Source: Octopus sinensis (taxonomy: Eukaryota). Taken from it: a stretch of DNA of 64,000 bases. The stretch is taken from positions 124,001 through 188,000 of the forward strand of contig NW_021835991.1 of NCBI RefSeq assembly GCF_006345805.1. Reading direction: 5' to 3'. Position 1 is the stretch's first letter. Each line of letters opens with the position of its first letter. The translations under genes and the position numbers were made by a program. Under the pieces are notes generated by a model that saw only the letters and a program-made list of their open reading frames with translations, was not told where the DNA came from and made no database searches. Below are positions 10,250 to 22,081 of this stretch, piece by piece.

Positions 10250-10700
10250 CCTTTTACACTCTTGTTAACTATAAAATTTATACAGAAAACACCTTTCTAT
10301 TTTTCCCTGTACCAAGGGCCTTGTGGTCCTGCAAATATGTGTCAAATATTATACTTCTCGTATAATTTTTCCATTTTGGATTTCTTAAATTCTTTTCCGT
10401 TCGATGATAGGTGGTCCAAAAAATAAATAATCCGTTTTAAGCTAGAAGCCACTTCATCTGCAGATTTCGTTCTAATAACCTCAACCACGGCATATTTTGA
10501 AAAAGAATTTATCACATGTAATACCTAACTACTTATTAATATTATAAAACCCATGAATATGAGTCGTTTGTCTTCGAATAACGTCGTAAATTGACTAAGT
10601 CTGCAATATATCGGACACGTGGTGTGATCTCTGCTTTGGTGTTCACTGATCATTAACGAGAATGTAAGAAATTTCATTCTTAAAGACAATTGACCTGGCT
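10250..10700 (-). pseudogene. rve integrase remnant (Ginger2/KRABA2-like)
   Basis: RVRYIADLVNLRRYS..INSFSKYAVV..KSADEVA..FFGPP..NGKEF..PW.QGKIER, with stops and frameshifts. Confidence 0.65.
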
Positions 10701-11819
10701 ATTCTGTCAAGCCGCATTCGCTAGGACTTGCTATTGCTATCGAAAACACTCAAATCCTCTTCATTTAACTTTTATTCTTTGATAATTTCCAATTCTTCCT
10801 GAGATAGTGTTCTAAATTTAATTATTTTATCAGTTTTAATAGAAATTTATACATAAATAAACGACTTTTTCCTGAAAATTATTTTTTTTATTTTTTTAAT
10901 TTGACTAATCTATTTTGTTTGTTTTTATCAACAAAACAAGAAACAAAGGTAATCAGGTACAAGCCGTATAAAGAACTGAGAAACTGTTTCTTTTAAGAAC
11001 AGCTCTGAGAGACCCTGTTAAGACCAGAGGTCTTCACAGAAGCTAAGTACCTCGAGCAGACGTTTTACAATGCTATTAAGCTTCACTTGCCTGGGGATCC
11101 TCCCAAGGCTTTTAAGTCTATTGATTTCTATTGATTTCTTATCTATGGCTTTTTTTGGCCTGGGAGTTTTAAAAATGAAATTAGATCTGAATTATGGAAA
11201 ATAGAATTTTAGCCATCTGATGGGGAATTTCCAAGCAGGCGTTTCACGATGCGACTAATCTCCACGTTCATAAGGAATCTTCCAGGGATTTTCCGTCTAT
11301 CTTTTTATATTTTTTAGAGAGCTTTTTGTGCAATTACCCAACTGGATTTGAAATTAGCCCAGGGACAAAGCAATAAGTGTCCACCAAAGAAGTAGATTTT
11401 GCGATTTTCGTTCCAGTCGGTAAATACTTTTGGCAAAAAGCCAATTTTTCACATTCTTGGAAATTCAGACAAATTGAGGAGCCATCCTCTTCTTAGTAGC
11501 ATCAACATGAGAGATCCAAGTGGATTCAGAGCCGTCGACATAACTGATGATAACTACCAATAAGTGGAGGTTTGTTGGCATCTTTCTAACTCCATCAATA
11601 GGAGTAATCACGAAATTTTCCGTGATTTCGTACACCCCGACAGAAAAATTTCCTGCTTCCTCGAGACTCGTACTGTTATTTTCTGCAGGGGCGCCCATAT
11701 GATTAAACCTTCCATAAAAAGCAAAATTTACAACTAAAATTTAATAATATTTAAGAATTCATTAAAAAATAAAATTGATTTGTCTCATTACCAAATATTT
11801 TATAACAATAAGCAGGGTG

Positions 11820-12640
11820 GCATTATAACGCGACCCCGCTAAAATTAATTAAACACAAAATTTATTAAAAAACTCCATAATCGTTGACTGTCTATAACTA
11901 TTTCATCCATTGAAAAACATATACGTTGACATCCATCTCATCATTAATATTCAATGTTGAAATCAGTTGACTCAATTGATTTTGATCAACAATTTCTTTT
12001 CTCGAATTTTTAGCCGTAGTTTTCGGTAATGTGCCTTAAAACTATGTATCATTCCGGAATCCAATGGTTGTAAGTGACTTGTTGTTAGAGGCAAAAAGTG
12101 CACTTCAATATTCGATAACGTCGGAATAATGTGACTTGGACAGTTGTCCATAATTAGAAGTATTTTTCCCCCACATCTCATTTGATTATCCAACTCCTTT
12201 ATCTAATCTTGAAATATCATTGATGTCGTTTATGATTTAGTATTAAATCTGTAATCCGAATATAAATGATAATTGAAGCCTTTGAAACAACGCGGATTAT
12301 TAGATTTCCAATCACAAGTGGACGGAGTTTTTTGCTCCCATCTGAATTACAACAGAAAACAATTGTAATTCTTTCTTTATATTTTTTAACATTTTCAAAA
12401 TATGGTTGGTTTATTAAAATTATCTTTAGTTTTATCAGGAGTTGTTAATGATTTTGACGGAATCATTTTATAGTAAAGACAAGTCTTATCTATATTAAAG
12501 ATATCATTTCCATTATATTTGGCACAAATTTAGTTTGATTTTTCAAATCTATCATAAACTGTCTTAGGATCCACTTAAAAATTATAATTTAAAAATTTTA
12601 ATGGCGTTATATCGGATAAGGCACATAATTTAACGTGGCA
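11820..12640 (-). pseudogene. pogo/Tigger DDE_1 transposase remnant
   Basis: KILLIMDNCPSH..FLP..TSHLQPLDSGMIHSFKAHYRK. Confidence 0.75.
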
Positions 12641-13073
12641 ATAACTGAGTTTACAGCACGGATGTGCATTATAAAGAAAAATTTGAAGAACCAAAAAACG
12701 GGGCAATAAGCGGGGTTGCATTATAAGGGGATGGCATTATAGAGGGGTTTAAGTGTATTAGAATAACAAAAAAGACGTTAAAAAGCATGCGTCCGGAATA
12801 CAAAATCTCAGCTACAGCGGAAAATACCTTAGCAAGTATTTTAATGGATGCCAATACTTACCGCCGTACTTGCCATATAGATATTATCTTCTCTAGGATC
12901 TCAGGGAGGCTTTTGAGAAACAATTCTTGGGCGTCCGAGAGCTGCTCTTGCCATCCTAAGCCATGTGCAAGGCGGATACCGCGGAACGGATGACCTCATA
13001 TAATAGAGGGGTTCGATTAAAAATTTCAAATTACAAAATCAATACTCAACATAGCGGTTAAATTAATAATAAC

Positions 13074-13146
13074 GCCTCGGTGGTGTAGCGGTTATCACGC
13101 TCGCCTAACACGCGAGAGGTTCTGGGTTCAACTCCCAGTCGAGGTA
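13074..13146 (+). tRNA. tRNA-Val(AAC)
   Basis: Cloverleaf: acceptor GCCTCGG/TCGAGGT, D arm GTGTAGCGGTTATCAC, anticodon stem CTCGC/GCGAG with loop CTAACAC, T arm CTGGG-TTCAACT-CCCAG. A T-run follows downstream. Confidence 0.93.
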
Positions 13147-13399
13147 ATTTGATTTTATTTTTTTCAAATTTATTTTTAATAGATATAAATTAGACTTATC
13201 TTTTGTCATTTAAAATATTTTTAAACCACCTTTTTACAATTTAAATAAATTTAGGCATTTAAAACCATTGAAGAAATTTAAAATGTCATTAAAATAGTAA
13301 ATTTCCCCTGGAATTATATATGTATTACTTACATGCAACGTATTTTCTCTATTCACTACAGGACCAACCTTGTGATAGAAATTACAATTTATTTATTTT

Positions 13400-13850
13400 A
13401 CTAGTTAGGAAGACAGGAAAAACTAGCCATTATTGACGACGGGAAATTTAAAAAAATGAGGCACCGGAGTGTCTCTACTGAGCAGCATATTTCCCTTATG
13501 GACACTTTAGATATCTGACGTCCACTACAAAAACAACCGCGCCTTCTCCAGCATTCATATGAGTTATCTAATTTTTCTTTGAGATCGAGACCGTAGGCCA
13601 ACTTAATGGCGTAACGCCTCTTTTTCTCAAGTTTGTTGATTAGACAAACCCTCTCACCTGTATCATACCAGCCCTCAAACTCGTAGGTGAAAATCGGTTG
13701 TACACATGTCCTGTATACGTAGATGTATGTTTTTGGACTCAGATGAAATCTGATCAGGCTTCGTAGGATTTTAACGGCTCTCTTCCTTTGTGTATCGATA
13801 TGATTTCCATAAGAGCCTCTGGAATCGAGAATGTGATAGAAAATGAAACG
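13400..13850 (-). pseudogene. 5'-truncated 3' fragment of the LINE family at 57981-60260
   Basis: ILRSLIRFHLSPKTYIYVYRTCVQPIFTYEFEGWY..KLEKKRRYAIKLAYGL matches ILRSIIHFHLSPETFLYVYKTCVEPLLTYGFEGWY..KLEKTRRYAIKLANGL. Confidence 0.8.
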
Positions 13851-14428
13851 ATGGCTTATATATAGTTAGTCGTGCAGCAGGGGAATATAAAAGTCGACAA
13901 AAACCATCCCTTTCTACGCAAAAACAAACTTTAAAGAGCTACAACTAGAGAATAATTTTGATCTTCCTTGAGGATTAATAACTGAATACAAGTACATATT
14001 CTTTCTGTTTTAGATGGTCCTAAGAGAAGAAGACTAGCCAGAAAATCGACAGATAAATCTTAAAAATGTATTAGTTATTCAAAACAATAATCTAAAATAA
14101 TTCTTATGAGTTTTTTTAATAAGACAAGTGATGTCATACGTCTATATTATTAAAAGAGTGCACCTTCTGGAAGGTCTACAGTGCCAGAGAAAAGGAGGAA
14201 GAAGAGGAGGAGGTGCGTGGATTGCCATCCTCTGCTCACTTTGAAGGCTCTTGATTTTGAAAAATTACTTAGTTAATTAGTTTCTTTTTATTAATAAAGT
14301 TCTCAAACACATATATATTGTATTCTACTAAACATAGAAAATAGACTGAAATATCAAATTTAGAAGTACAGAATCTAGTAAACAAATCGATTCATTAAAT
14401 GATTAGTAGATTATTTAGAGGTATTATA

Positions 14429-15189
14429 TTAAACATTTTTAGGATATTTAGCAAATATGCCAAGACCCTAGATATTATTGAAATAAAATTGATAACTGTT
14501 AGAATGCAAATCAGAACTGCTCCAATGATTAAATAAATTTTATATTTTGTTAATAAAGCGTCAATTCGTGCCACGCATCCCTAAAAATAAATTCATTATT
14601 AAATTACAGTGCTATATGTAATCGCGTTTTTTGAATAACAACTTTGAGGTGGGACAATCAACGGCAAATAATCAGCTGTGGAGTCTGCACCACAACATTT
14701 GAACGTGTTTTGAATAAAATCAAGATTTTTCGTATTAGAATTAAAATTTTTAATTTCTCGCAGCAGTTCTTTCCGTATCAAGTTTATCATCTACAGTTAG
14801 GACTATAGTCTTTAACTTGTGGTTTTTTCACACAATAAATAATTGTTGCGGCCAAGACAAGCGAAAATATGCACAATAGACAAATCGAGAACTAGTTGTT
14901 ATATTTATTTTCAATTTTTTACAAAAATACTGCAGCATCGATTATTTTTAAAAGAATAACAAATTCCAGACAACATTCCTATAAATCCAAATATTCCTGC
15001 AAAGAGAATTATAATTCCAGGTGTTTGTAAATAACTATTATTTAGCATGTTTCTCTGAATAGTATCTTTTAATATCACTACTCCCGCATAGCTGCCCAGT
15101 CCTCCAATGACCTGTTTTTATAATTATTAGAAATCTACCCCCAATAGGACTATATTTATTATGATCAGAAATTTAGTACAAAACGCCAT
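14429..15189 (-). CDS. Tetraspanin paralogue 1 (206 aa, 6 exons)
   Basis: Exons 15189-15139, 15111-14923, 14891-14817, 14790-14608, 14580-14497, 14467-14429. GT-AG introns of 27, 31, 26, 27 and 29 nt. Four TM segments; EC2 has CCG, PQSC and GC. Confidence 0.9.
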
Positions 15190-15309
15190 AACTTCTGTAA
15201 TTTGAACGCTATTTTTATTTTTAATCATTTAAATCATTGATGCGTATTTTGACCACATTTTAATAACCTGAAATATATATCCTGAATTAAGTCTTTTATT
15301 TATTTACTG

Positions 15310-17000
15310 AGTACAGTAAAACCTCTCAAACTCTCTGATTTCAATATCCGCAGCTTCTCAAACCCGATTGTTTTAATCAAAAATTTAAACTTTCTTATGG
15401 ATAATTCTCAAATCTGTTTGTTTTTCGAATCCGCTTTTCAAGTACAGTCTAACCTTATTTGGAATAGTTTTCGGTATGGAACACTTTGTACGATCTCTGC
15501 CTAGAATTAATAATTTCTTTTAAATTTGAAACTCGTTTTGGAGAAAAATTTTTTATTATTTTTTATTTCTAGTCATTAAACAAATTAATTAATTAGGAAT
15601 AAAAAAACTCGACGCTTAATCACTATGAGTCATATTTACGAGAAAAAAGTTGAAAGTGCTCGACAACTAAAAAGTCATTCACACAGAATACTTTTTTGTA
15701 AATATGAAATCAGCATTGGTATAATTGATGTAATAAAAAACGAAATATTAATTTTTTGACAGAACCTCGGTTTTTGGAACTCTTAGTGTTCCAATTTAAG
15801 GTCGTACTATATTATGGAAAAGTATTTTTATATAATTGTAAGTTAAATTATCATTACATTCTAAAATGTGTTTTTCTGTGATGTCTCGTTGTGTTAGACT
15901 TTTTATCAGCAAAAAAATTTCCTTACTACGCTTAATTCTGAAAACCAATTTGTTTAGGCACTTCAAATTTCTAGGATTTTCTCTTTACGATTTAAAAAAA
16001 ACTTTTCTCGAGAACTATAAACGATCTCAAATCAAATTCGGATCCTTTGAATATGACCGATATCAAAAATTCAACATAACGAAAATTACAAAACTCAAAT
16101 TCAGTGAACTTGATGAGCGATTAAACATGTATTGACTTAATGAAATCTAGTAAAGCAATTCAATCAGATTCGATGTTAATTGTAAAAGCTCTTAAATTTT
16201 GAAAAAATAATTCAGAATCAAGAAATGGTTTCAAGTTAAGAAATTTTTAGGAGACAGTGGATCTTTAAATCATGATAAAAAACTTATTGCTAATTATAAT
16301 GACACAATCAGTTTAAAAATTGATCAATATGGATTGGAAAATGTTTATAATGTAGATTAACCCGTTTTTTTACAAGGCGATTACTTGTAAAATCCGGTTC
16401 TGGAAAAAAAGGCCCATAACGATGGGAAGATTTAAAACTCAAAGGTGTTGTTAAAAATTTTAACATTGGCAATTATGTTATCTACACCAATTCCAATAAA
16501 GCATGAAAAATTTCAACATTTGAAATTATGTTATCCACACCCATTCTAATAAAGCATAAATGAACCGTTAAATTTTTAATAAATGGCTCAGTGATTGTGA
16601 ACTTGTAAAGAAAAAACAAAAAAATACAGTTGCAATAAATCGATGCTCATCTCATCAAATTACTGTCACGCTAAACTCTATTAAAATTTTCTTATTGCCT
16701 TCAAGAACTTCCTCGGTCTTGCAACGAATGGATCAAGGAATTATAAAATCCTTTAAAGCCAATTTGAAAATAAATGATATGATCAAAAAGATCGAGGCGG
16801 GGAAAATTGTTAGAATGAAAATAATGCAATTACGCTTAAAGCTGTTGCCACATTAACATTCTTTGGTTAGAATAAAGTAACTCCTGAGTCATCAAAACTT
16901 GCTTTCGTCATGCTCAATTGATAAAATGTGAGAAAATTATAATTAACAGTGAATCTAAGAACTACGAAAATGATTATGAAGAAATTAACATTGGGGATTT
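15310..17000 (+). pseudogene. Degenerate pogo/Tigger element
   Basis: TA-CAGT termini-like sequences at about 15313 and 15443; DDE_1 motif LLPSRTSSVLQRMDQGIIKSFKA at about 16690. Confidence 0.6.
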
Positions 17001-18053
17001 ATTAGAATAAGAAATCAATTAATCTAATTTATGCAAAGAAGAAGAACTGATGGCGATCCTGTTTCCCCTCACAATTGCTTGGGACACGTTCTGGAGCCCA
17101 AGGCATTCAGCTCTCAACGACGTTATAAGAAGAGCTCTCGATTCAATCGGATTCCCATCAGTGCTGGAACCACCTGGATTGGACCGAGGAGATGGAAAAC
17201 GCTCAGACGGGATGACTATCTTTCCGTTTTTGGAAGGAAAGCCTCTCGTATGGGATTCAACATGTTCCGACTCCTTGTCCAAGACAAACATGTTGGAAAG
17301 TGCCTGCAATGCCGGCACAGCTGCGGATAGAGCAGAGGATATCAAGAAGAAGAAATAAAATGTCACAGTCGGATAAATGGACACGCGAATAAATGGACAC
17401 TTTCAAAATTTCATTTTTGAGCAATATTACCATACAAAATACATGTTAATTTTTTTCTAAGTCTCACTTTAAACACATTTTTAATAATTTTGGTACCTGT
17501 TGAAAAAAGCAGGATCTCGAAAAAATCAACATCCCACTGACATCAACAATTTTTATTGATTATCGAGAAATCTATTTGATTTTTGGTTAACCATTAAAAA
17601 ATAATGATTTAAAATTGTAAATAAATTGGTTAAAATTGAGATAATAATTAAAATTTACATTAGAAAATAGAAAGAAATTCTAGATTCCATATAAAAGCTT
17701 CGTCTGCTCCTAACCCTAACTCAAATCTTAAACAACTAACCCTAACCCTATGCGGGCTTCCAATTCTTAAAAAAATTTAGATGAAAAATTTTAAACAAAA
17801 TCGTTAGTCAATTTTTGCAATTCTTGATATATGTACGTTAGTTTTTCACCATTCTCATCTTCGATCGAGTACATGTCATTTTGTTGATCTACCACAACAT
17901 ATTTGTTGTTTGATAATCCATCGTATAATGGGAACCTTCGAATATTGGCATCATTGTCTTGTCTTGGGAATGTGTTAAAAAATTAATACCTTAGTAATAC
18001 TGTAGCTCCGACTTTTATGGAATCTTCATCATATTTCCATCTTCTCCTGTCTA

Positions 18054-18887
18054 TCATTTTATCTCCAGCGATAAAAAGTTTTGAATACGCTCTTCACGTG
18101 CATCTACGATTGCACTGTCGACATCTCCCAATAATAATTGTTCAATTTCCGACTCCGTTACTGGATTCGGATTTTGAGCACCCATAAACAAGTAGAACGG
18201 GACTTTTCCGGTTGTGGAATGTATTGTGTTATTGTAATCATAAACAATGTCTTTGATTATGGTACAATATCGCCCAAAATATCCACGAGAGGCACTTGCT
18301 GAAGATATCCAACGTTTTATGCTTTGGTTGAACCTTAAAAAATTAAAACCATCAGGCAACCTCTCTACTTGCCCTTGTATCCAGGGCGCTCGTGCCCTAC
18401 CACGCACATGCTTGATCGAATATTTTTCACAGACTTCGTCAATTAACGAATTACAGAATTCTTTCCCATTGTCTGTTTGGAGGATGATTGGTGGTCCGAT
18501 GTAATAAAAAATATTTTGAAATAGGTTAGCTATTTCTACCGCAAATTTCATCTCTAGTCAAACCATAATACTTAGTCTTTAGCTTGCTGAACAGTCGATC
18601 TCTACCAAAATGATTATAATTATGTTCCGCCTAATTAATGTTAATTAATCCAATACCTCAATGCATTTAAGCTTCAACTCAATGTCATCCTCTGCGAAAA
18701 ATCGCAATTTGGTTGAATTCTTAATAAAGAATACATTTCCATTTTCAAAGCATATGTTTTTCGCAAGCTGCTTTAGCCTAAATCGTTGTTTTCTGTTGGG
18801 ACTGTCGTCTAATGTGTTTTCTTCTTGGTTTTCTCTGATTTTTTTGATTTTTTCAAGAATTTCTTTGCTGAGCTTCACAATACGCAT
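18054..18887 (-). pseudogene. Ginger-type rve integrase with tiny introns, internally deleted
   Basis: HNYNHFGRD (H-H of the HHCC finger), LQTDNGKEF, PWIQGQVER/FNQSIK, YNNTIHSTTG. Introns 18631-18656 (26 nt) and 18334-18360 (27 nt). The CxxC and first Asp region is missing. Confidence 0.8.
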
Positions 18888-19162
18888 AGTTCCACACTTT
18901 TTTTATAAATTAAAAAGTACAATATTTCTCTAAAATATTTAACTAATTGTTAATATTGATGTATAAAAATAACTATTTATATATTTTTTAAATATTTTTA
19001 AGCCAGGTGTCCATTTATTCGCGTGTCCATTTATCCGACTGTGAGATTCTATATTGAGTTAATTCCAAATGGATGATATTTTTGCAAATAAATGTTTCTT
19101 TTTCAAAAATTACAAATTTTTTATATAGCTTAATGAAATTAAAAAATGAAAGAATTTATAAA

Positions 19163-19650
19163 CTACTTAATCATATTTTCAAAATCTGGTACGAAATTAG
19201 ATGTTGAAATCCGCAGCAACTTACTTAGATGAACATCCGTTAGTCTATTGCGGTGTCTGTTCTTAATTCTAGCTATTTTGCTGAAAATGCAAAGAATGTC
19301 TATTTGAAAGTTTAATCTTCCACAAATATAGTTTTTTGAATAAAGAGGATATAAATCCATATAATTGATTGCAAAGCTTGTCTTTTCCTTGTAAATCAGT
19401 GTTCAAATCCGAAATTATGTAATGAAAAATCAAAAGAATATAAAGAATAACATCTCCACAATCGGCATCAATATCATTTATAAAAGATTTGAAGTTTTGA
19501 TGATTGAGGGCCTTTGTCCTTATCCAATTAACGATGAATACAACGATTTCGGAACATTTTCCATTTTTATTGTTTTTGTAATTTAATTTTCCTAATGAAT
19601 AACACAATGATGCTATAAATCTCTTATAAACAAAGATGTGGCGCCACATC
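19163..19650 (-). pseudogene. hAT (GTF2IRD2/SPIN-like) transposase remnant
   Basis: IVVFIVNWIRTKALNHQNFKSF..LNTDLQGK..FSKIARIKNRHRNRLTDVHL..LRIST. Confidence 0.7.
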
Positions 19651-20002
19651 CAAAAAATGATGATTGTTTTGCATATTCAGATTAAAAAAAATTTACTTTT
19701 TATTTTCTAGAATCGCCTTTCTAGAAACGCCTATCATAAATTGATTTGTATAGATTTTTTGTTAAAAAAATTTGGCACGTGGAAATTTCAGAAATACAAT
19801 CTCCTTGCAAATTAATTGTCGATTCTCTATGAAACAGAAATAAATATTGTTATCGCAGTCTTTATTTCAGATATCTGGACCATCATTGAGATATCCCCTC
19901 TGGTATTTACACTGTTTATAAGCTACTAGGTAGAATTGTGTTTTAATTAAAATTATTTTAATTTTTAGTTACCAAATTATTAATAGAAAACATAATAAAT
20001 TG

Positions 20003-20170
20003 TGGCACGTGTGAGCACGCTGTTGACATACCTTGTTGTCCTGTTGCATTATTTGGTCAATCTTTATTTTTTTATTTAATTGGATTAGAAGGAATATTTG
20101 CGATGCAGTTTCTTTTAATTAATAAATTATCTGAAATTTCATCATTTTGTAATATTTGCGAGTTTATTCT
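20003..20170. repeat. Unclassified dispersed repeat (further copies at about 29005-29170 and, inverted, about 35790-35925)
   Basis: Shared CACGTGTGAGCACG ... GATGCAGTTTCTTT..TGAAATTTCATCATTTTGT blocks. Confidence 0.6.
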
Positions 20171-20519
20171 TTCAATCTGTTTATATTGCTTATTTGAAAT
20201 CTTCTCATTTATCTTTATTCATCGAATTTCACCTTATTTTTTGATAGAAAGTTCTATTCTTTATATTCTTACGGCAAACTTTTATTTATTTGTTCCCGGA
20301 TTTGGCGATCTTTTATTTTAGCGCCCTAAAATCTAAAATGATCAATTTCTACCAGATTTTAATCATTATTGGAATGATACTTTTTGGATTACTCAACAAA
20401 ATTTCGGAATGATACTTTTTTATTATATAAATTTTTTCCCTTGCATTATAAGGGGATGGCATTATAGAGAGCGCTCGGTTACTGAAGGATCGGATGAGAT
20501 AGTAGAAGTTGCAGTCTTC

Positions 20520-20960
20520 CTCCTCTACTGTCTGAACTGGGTACAAGTACGTGAGTCTCTTCCCAATAACTACTGACTGGAACCATGGGAAGATCCTCCT
20601 TAATCGGGCACCAAAAGGTGTCCCTTCAGCCCGGTCCATGGACCTCTTGAAGATCTTCAGTGCGTAGTCTCCCTTGTTCATTACGTGTTTGGCTTCGTTG
20701 CTGTGTGTCGGCGTGTACACACGTTGCGCAACCTCATTTATCTGGGCTTTGGAAGCAGTTGGCGACTTGGATAGGAGGTTAAATCTCTTGATCTTTCCAA
20801 GTGCCGGGTTTTCGATACTCAGAGAATATGTGAGGCTTGAGCTGTTAGGCTCAGTTGTCGTCTGATGGGATTGGGTCTCACTGTGTTTTTGAAGCACAGT
20901 AGGGTTCGGAGGTTCGGTGGCATATTCAGCTTTGATGGGTTCGCAAAAGGGCTGGGGCTT
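20520..20960 (-). pseudogene. Fragment of a LINE ORF1 paralogous to 4426-5595
   Basis: SLSIENPALGKIKRFNLLSKSPTASKAQI versus SLQIKNYAIGRIKSFNILTKSETAQKARI. Confidence 0.7.
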
Positions 20961-21883
20961 TACCGCTGTTCGTCTAATGTGTTTTCTTCTTGGTTTTCTT
21001 TGATTTTTTTAATTTTTTCAATAATTTCTTTGCTGAGCTTCACAATACGCATAGTTCCACGCTTTTTTATAAATTAAAAAGTAAAATATTTCTCTAAAAT
21101 ATTTAACTAATTGTTAATATTGATGTATAAAATAACTATTTATATATTTTTTAAATATTTTTAAGCCAGGTGTTTATTTATTCGCTTGTCCATTTATCCG
21201 ACTGTGACATATAATGGGCTCACCGATCGTTACGTTTTCCGGCCGGTTGCTGTCGAAACCCTGGGATCGATTGGGAATGAGTCGTTGTGCTTCCTCAAGT
21301 GTATTGGACGTCTCAAGACCTTGAGAACACACAATCCTCTGGAGACGAGATGGCTCCTCCAGAACGTGTCCCAAGCAATAGTGGGGGGAAACATTATGAA
21401 GAAATAATTAAGAAATTTCATAAAATCTATGCTTCTCAGGAAAATGAAAATATAGGTGATCGCTAAAATATTATGAAAATCGGGAAAATGTTAGGAAAGT
21501 CAGATAAAAAACATAATTTTTTTTATTTTTATAAATATTTTATGTTTTCAGTCATTTTTGTATAAAAAATATTTAATCTATATTGTGAGTTCATGTTTCA
21601 ACTATAAAATATTATTCAAATTGCCTTTTGCATCCGCAGATTTTTGATCAAAATCGGCGGATTTGAAAGGTTTTATTGTATTTAGTCTTATTTAATTTGT
21701 GACGACAATTAAAGATCCTTTTTTATTTGTTCTCTCAGTGCAGGCTGTACCCCTGTCAAAAATAAACAATATTGGACATTGAGTATTTTGTATAAAAATT
21801 AATTACTTTTTTAACTTAAGTTTGGTTAGTATTTTTGTTGTTAGAGTATTTTAAGAGAATCCAAATTGAATTGTTTATAATCT

Positions 21884-21953
21884 GATCGTCATGTGGTTCA
21901 CCTTCTCGTGGAGACGATGGATGCTGATTTCTCATCAGCAACAAACAGAACCA
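21884..21953 (+). ncRNA. HDV-like self-cleaving ribozyme fold at the LINE 5' end
   Basis: P1 ATCGTC/GACGAT, P2 TGGTTC/GAACCA, P3 ACC/GGA around L3 TTCTCGT, GG for P1.1, P4 TGCTGAT/ATCAGCA, then CAAA. It begins at the TSD boundary and has small deviations from consensus. Confidence 0.65.
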
Positions 21954-22009
21954 ATTTTTCCCCCTTGCCAACCAACCTGTCAACGGTTTGGTTGGTAGTG
22001 GCTACGGGA

Positions 22010-22081
22010 CGAGCGCCAAGCTTACGTTCCCTGACTCTATTGTTGATTCGGTGTGGAGATGTGGAACAAAACCCTGGACCT
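22010..22081 (+). other. 2A-like ribosomal stop-go peptide (..LTLLLIRCGDVEQNPG|P)
   Basis: Exact D-V-E-x-N-P-G-P motif at 22058-22081, in frame and immediately before the APE domain. Confidence 0.85.

Larger units (their letters stand above)
17361..21209 (-). mobile_element. Ginger2/TDD-type DNA transposon (composite, with a duplicated right end)
   Basis: 40-bp TIR TGTCACAGTCGGATAAATGGACACGCGAATAAATGGACAC at 17361. Inverted copies end at 19046 and 21209. The interrupted CRE frame is restored across the outer ends; the TSD is imperfect. Confidence 0.8.
17097..21407 (+). pseudogene. CRE-clade non-LTR 3' fragment (REL domain), split by the Ginger-type element
   Basis: RHSALNDVI..EPPGL..GKRSDGMTIFPF..GKPLVWDSTC..KKKK (to 17360) continues as YNGLTDRYVFRPVAVETLG..QAIVGGN (from 21210). 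Confidence 0.85.

Noticed and set aside
14468-14496. Read-through of tetraspanin-1 intron 5 giving a longer TM4
   Set aside because: The equivalent intron in copies 2-4 has an in-frame TAA, so splicing is the conserved state.
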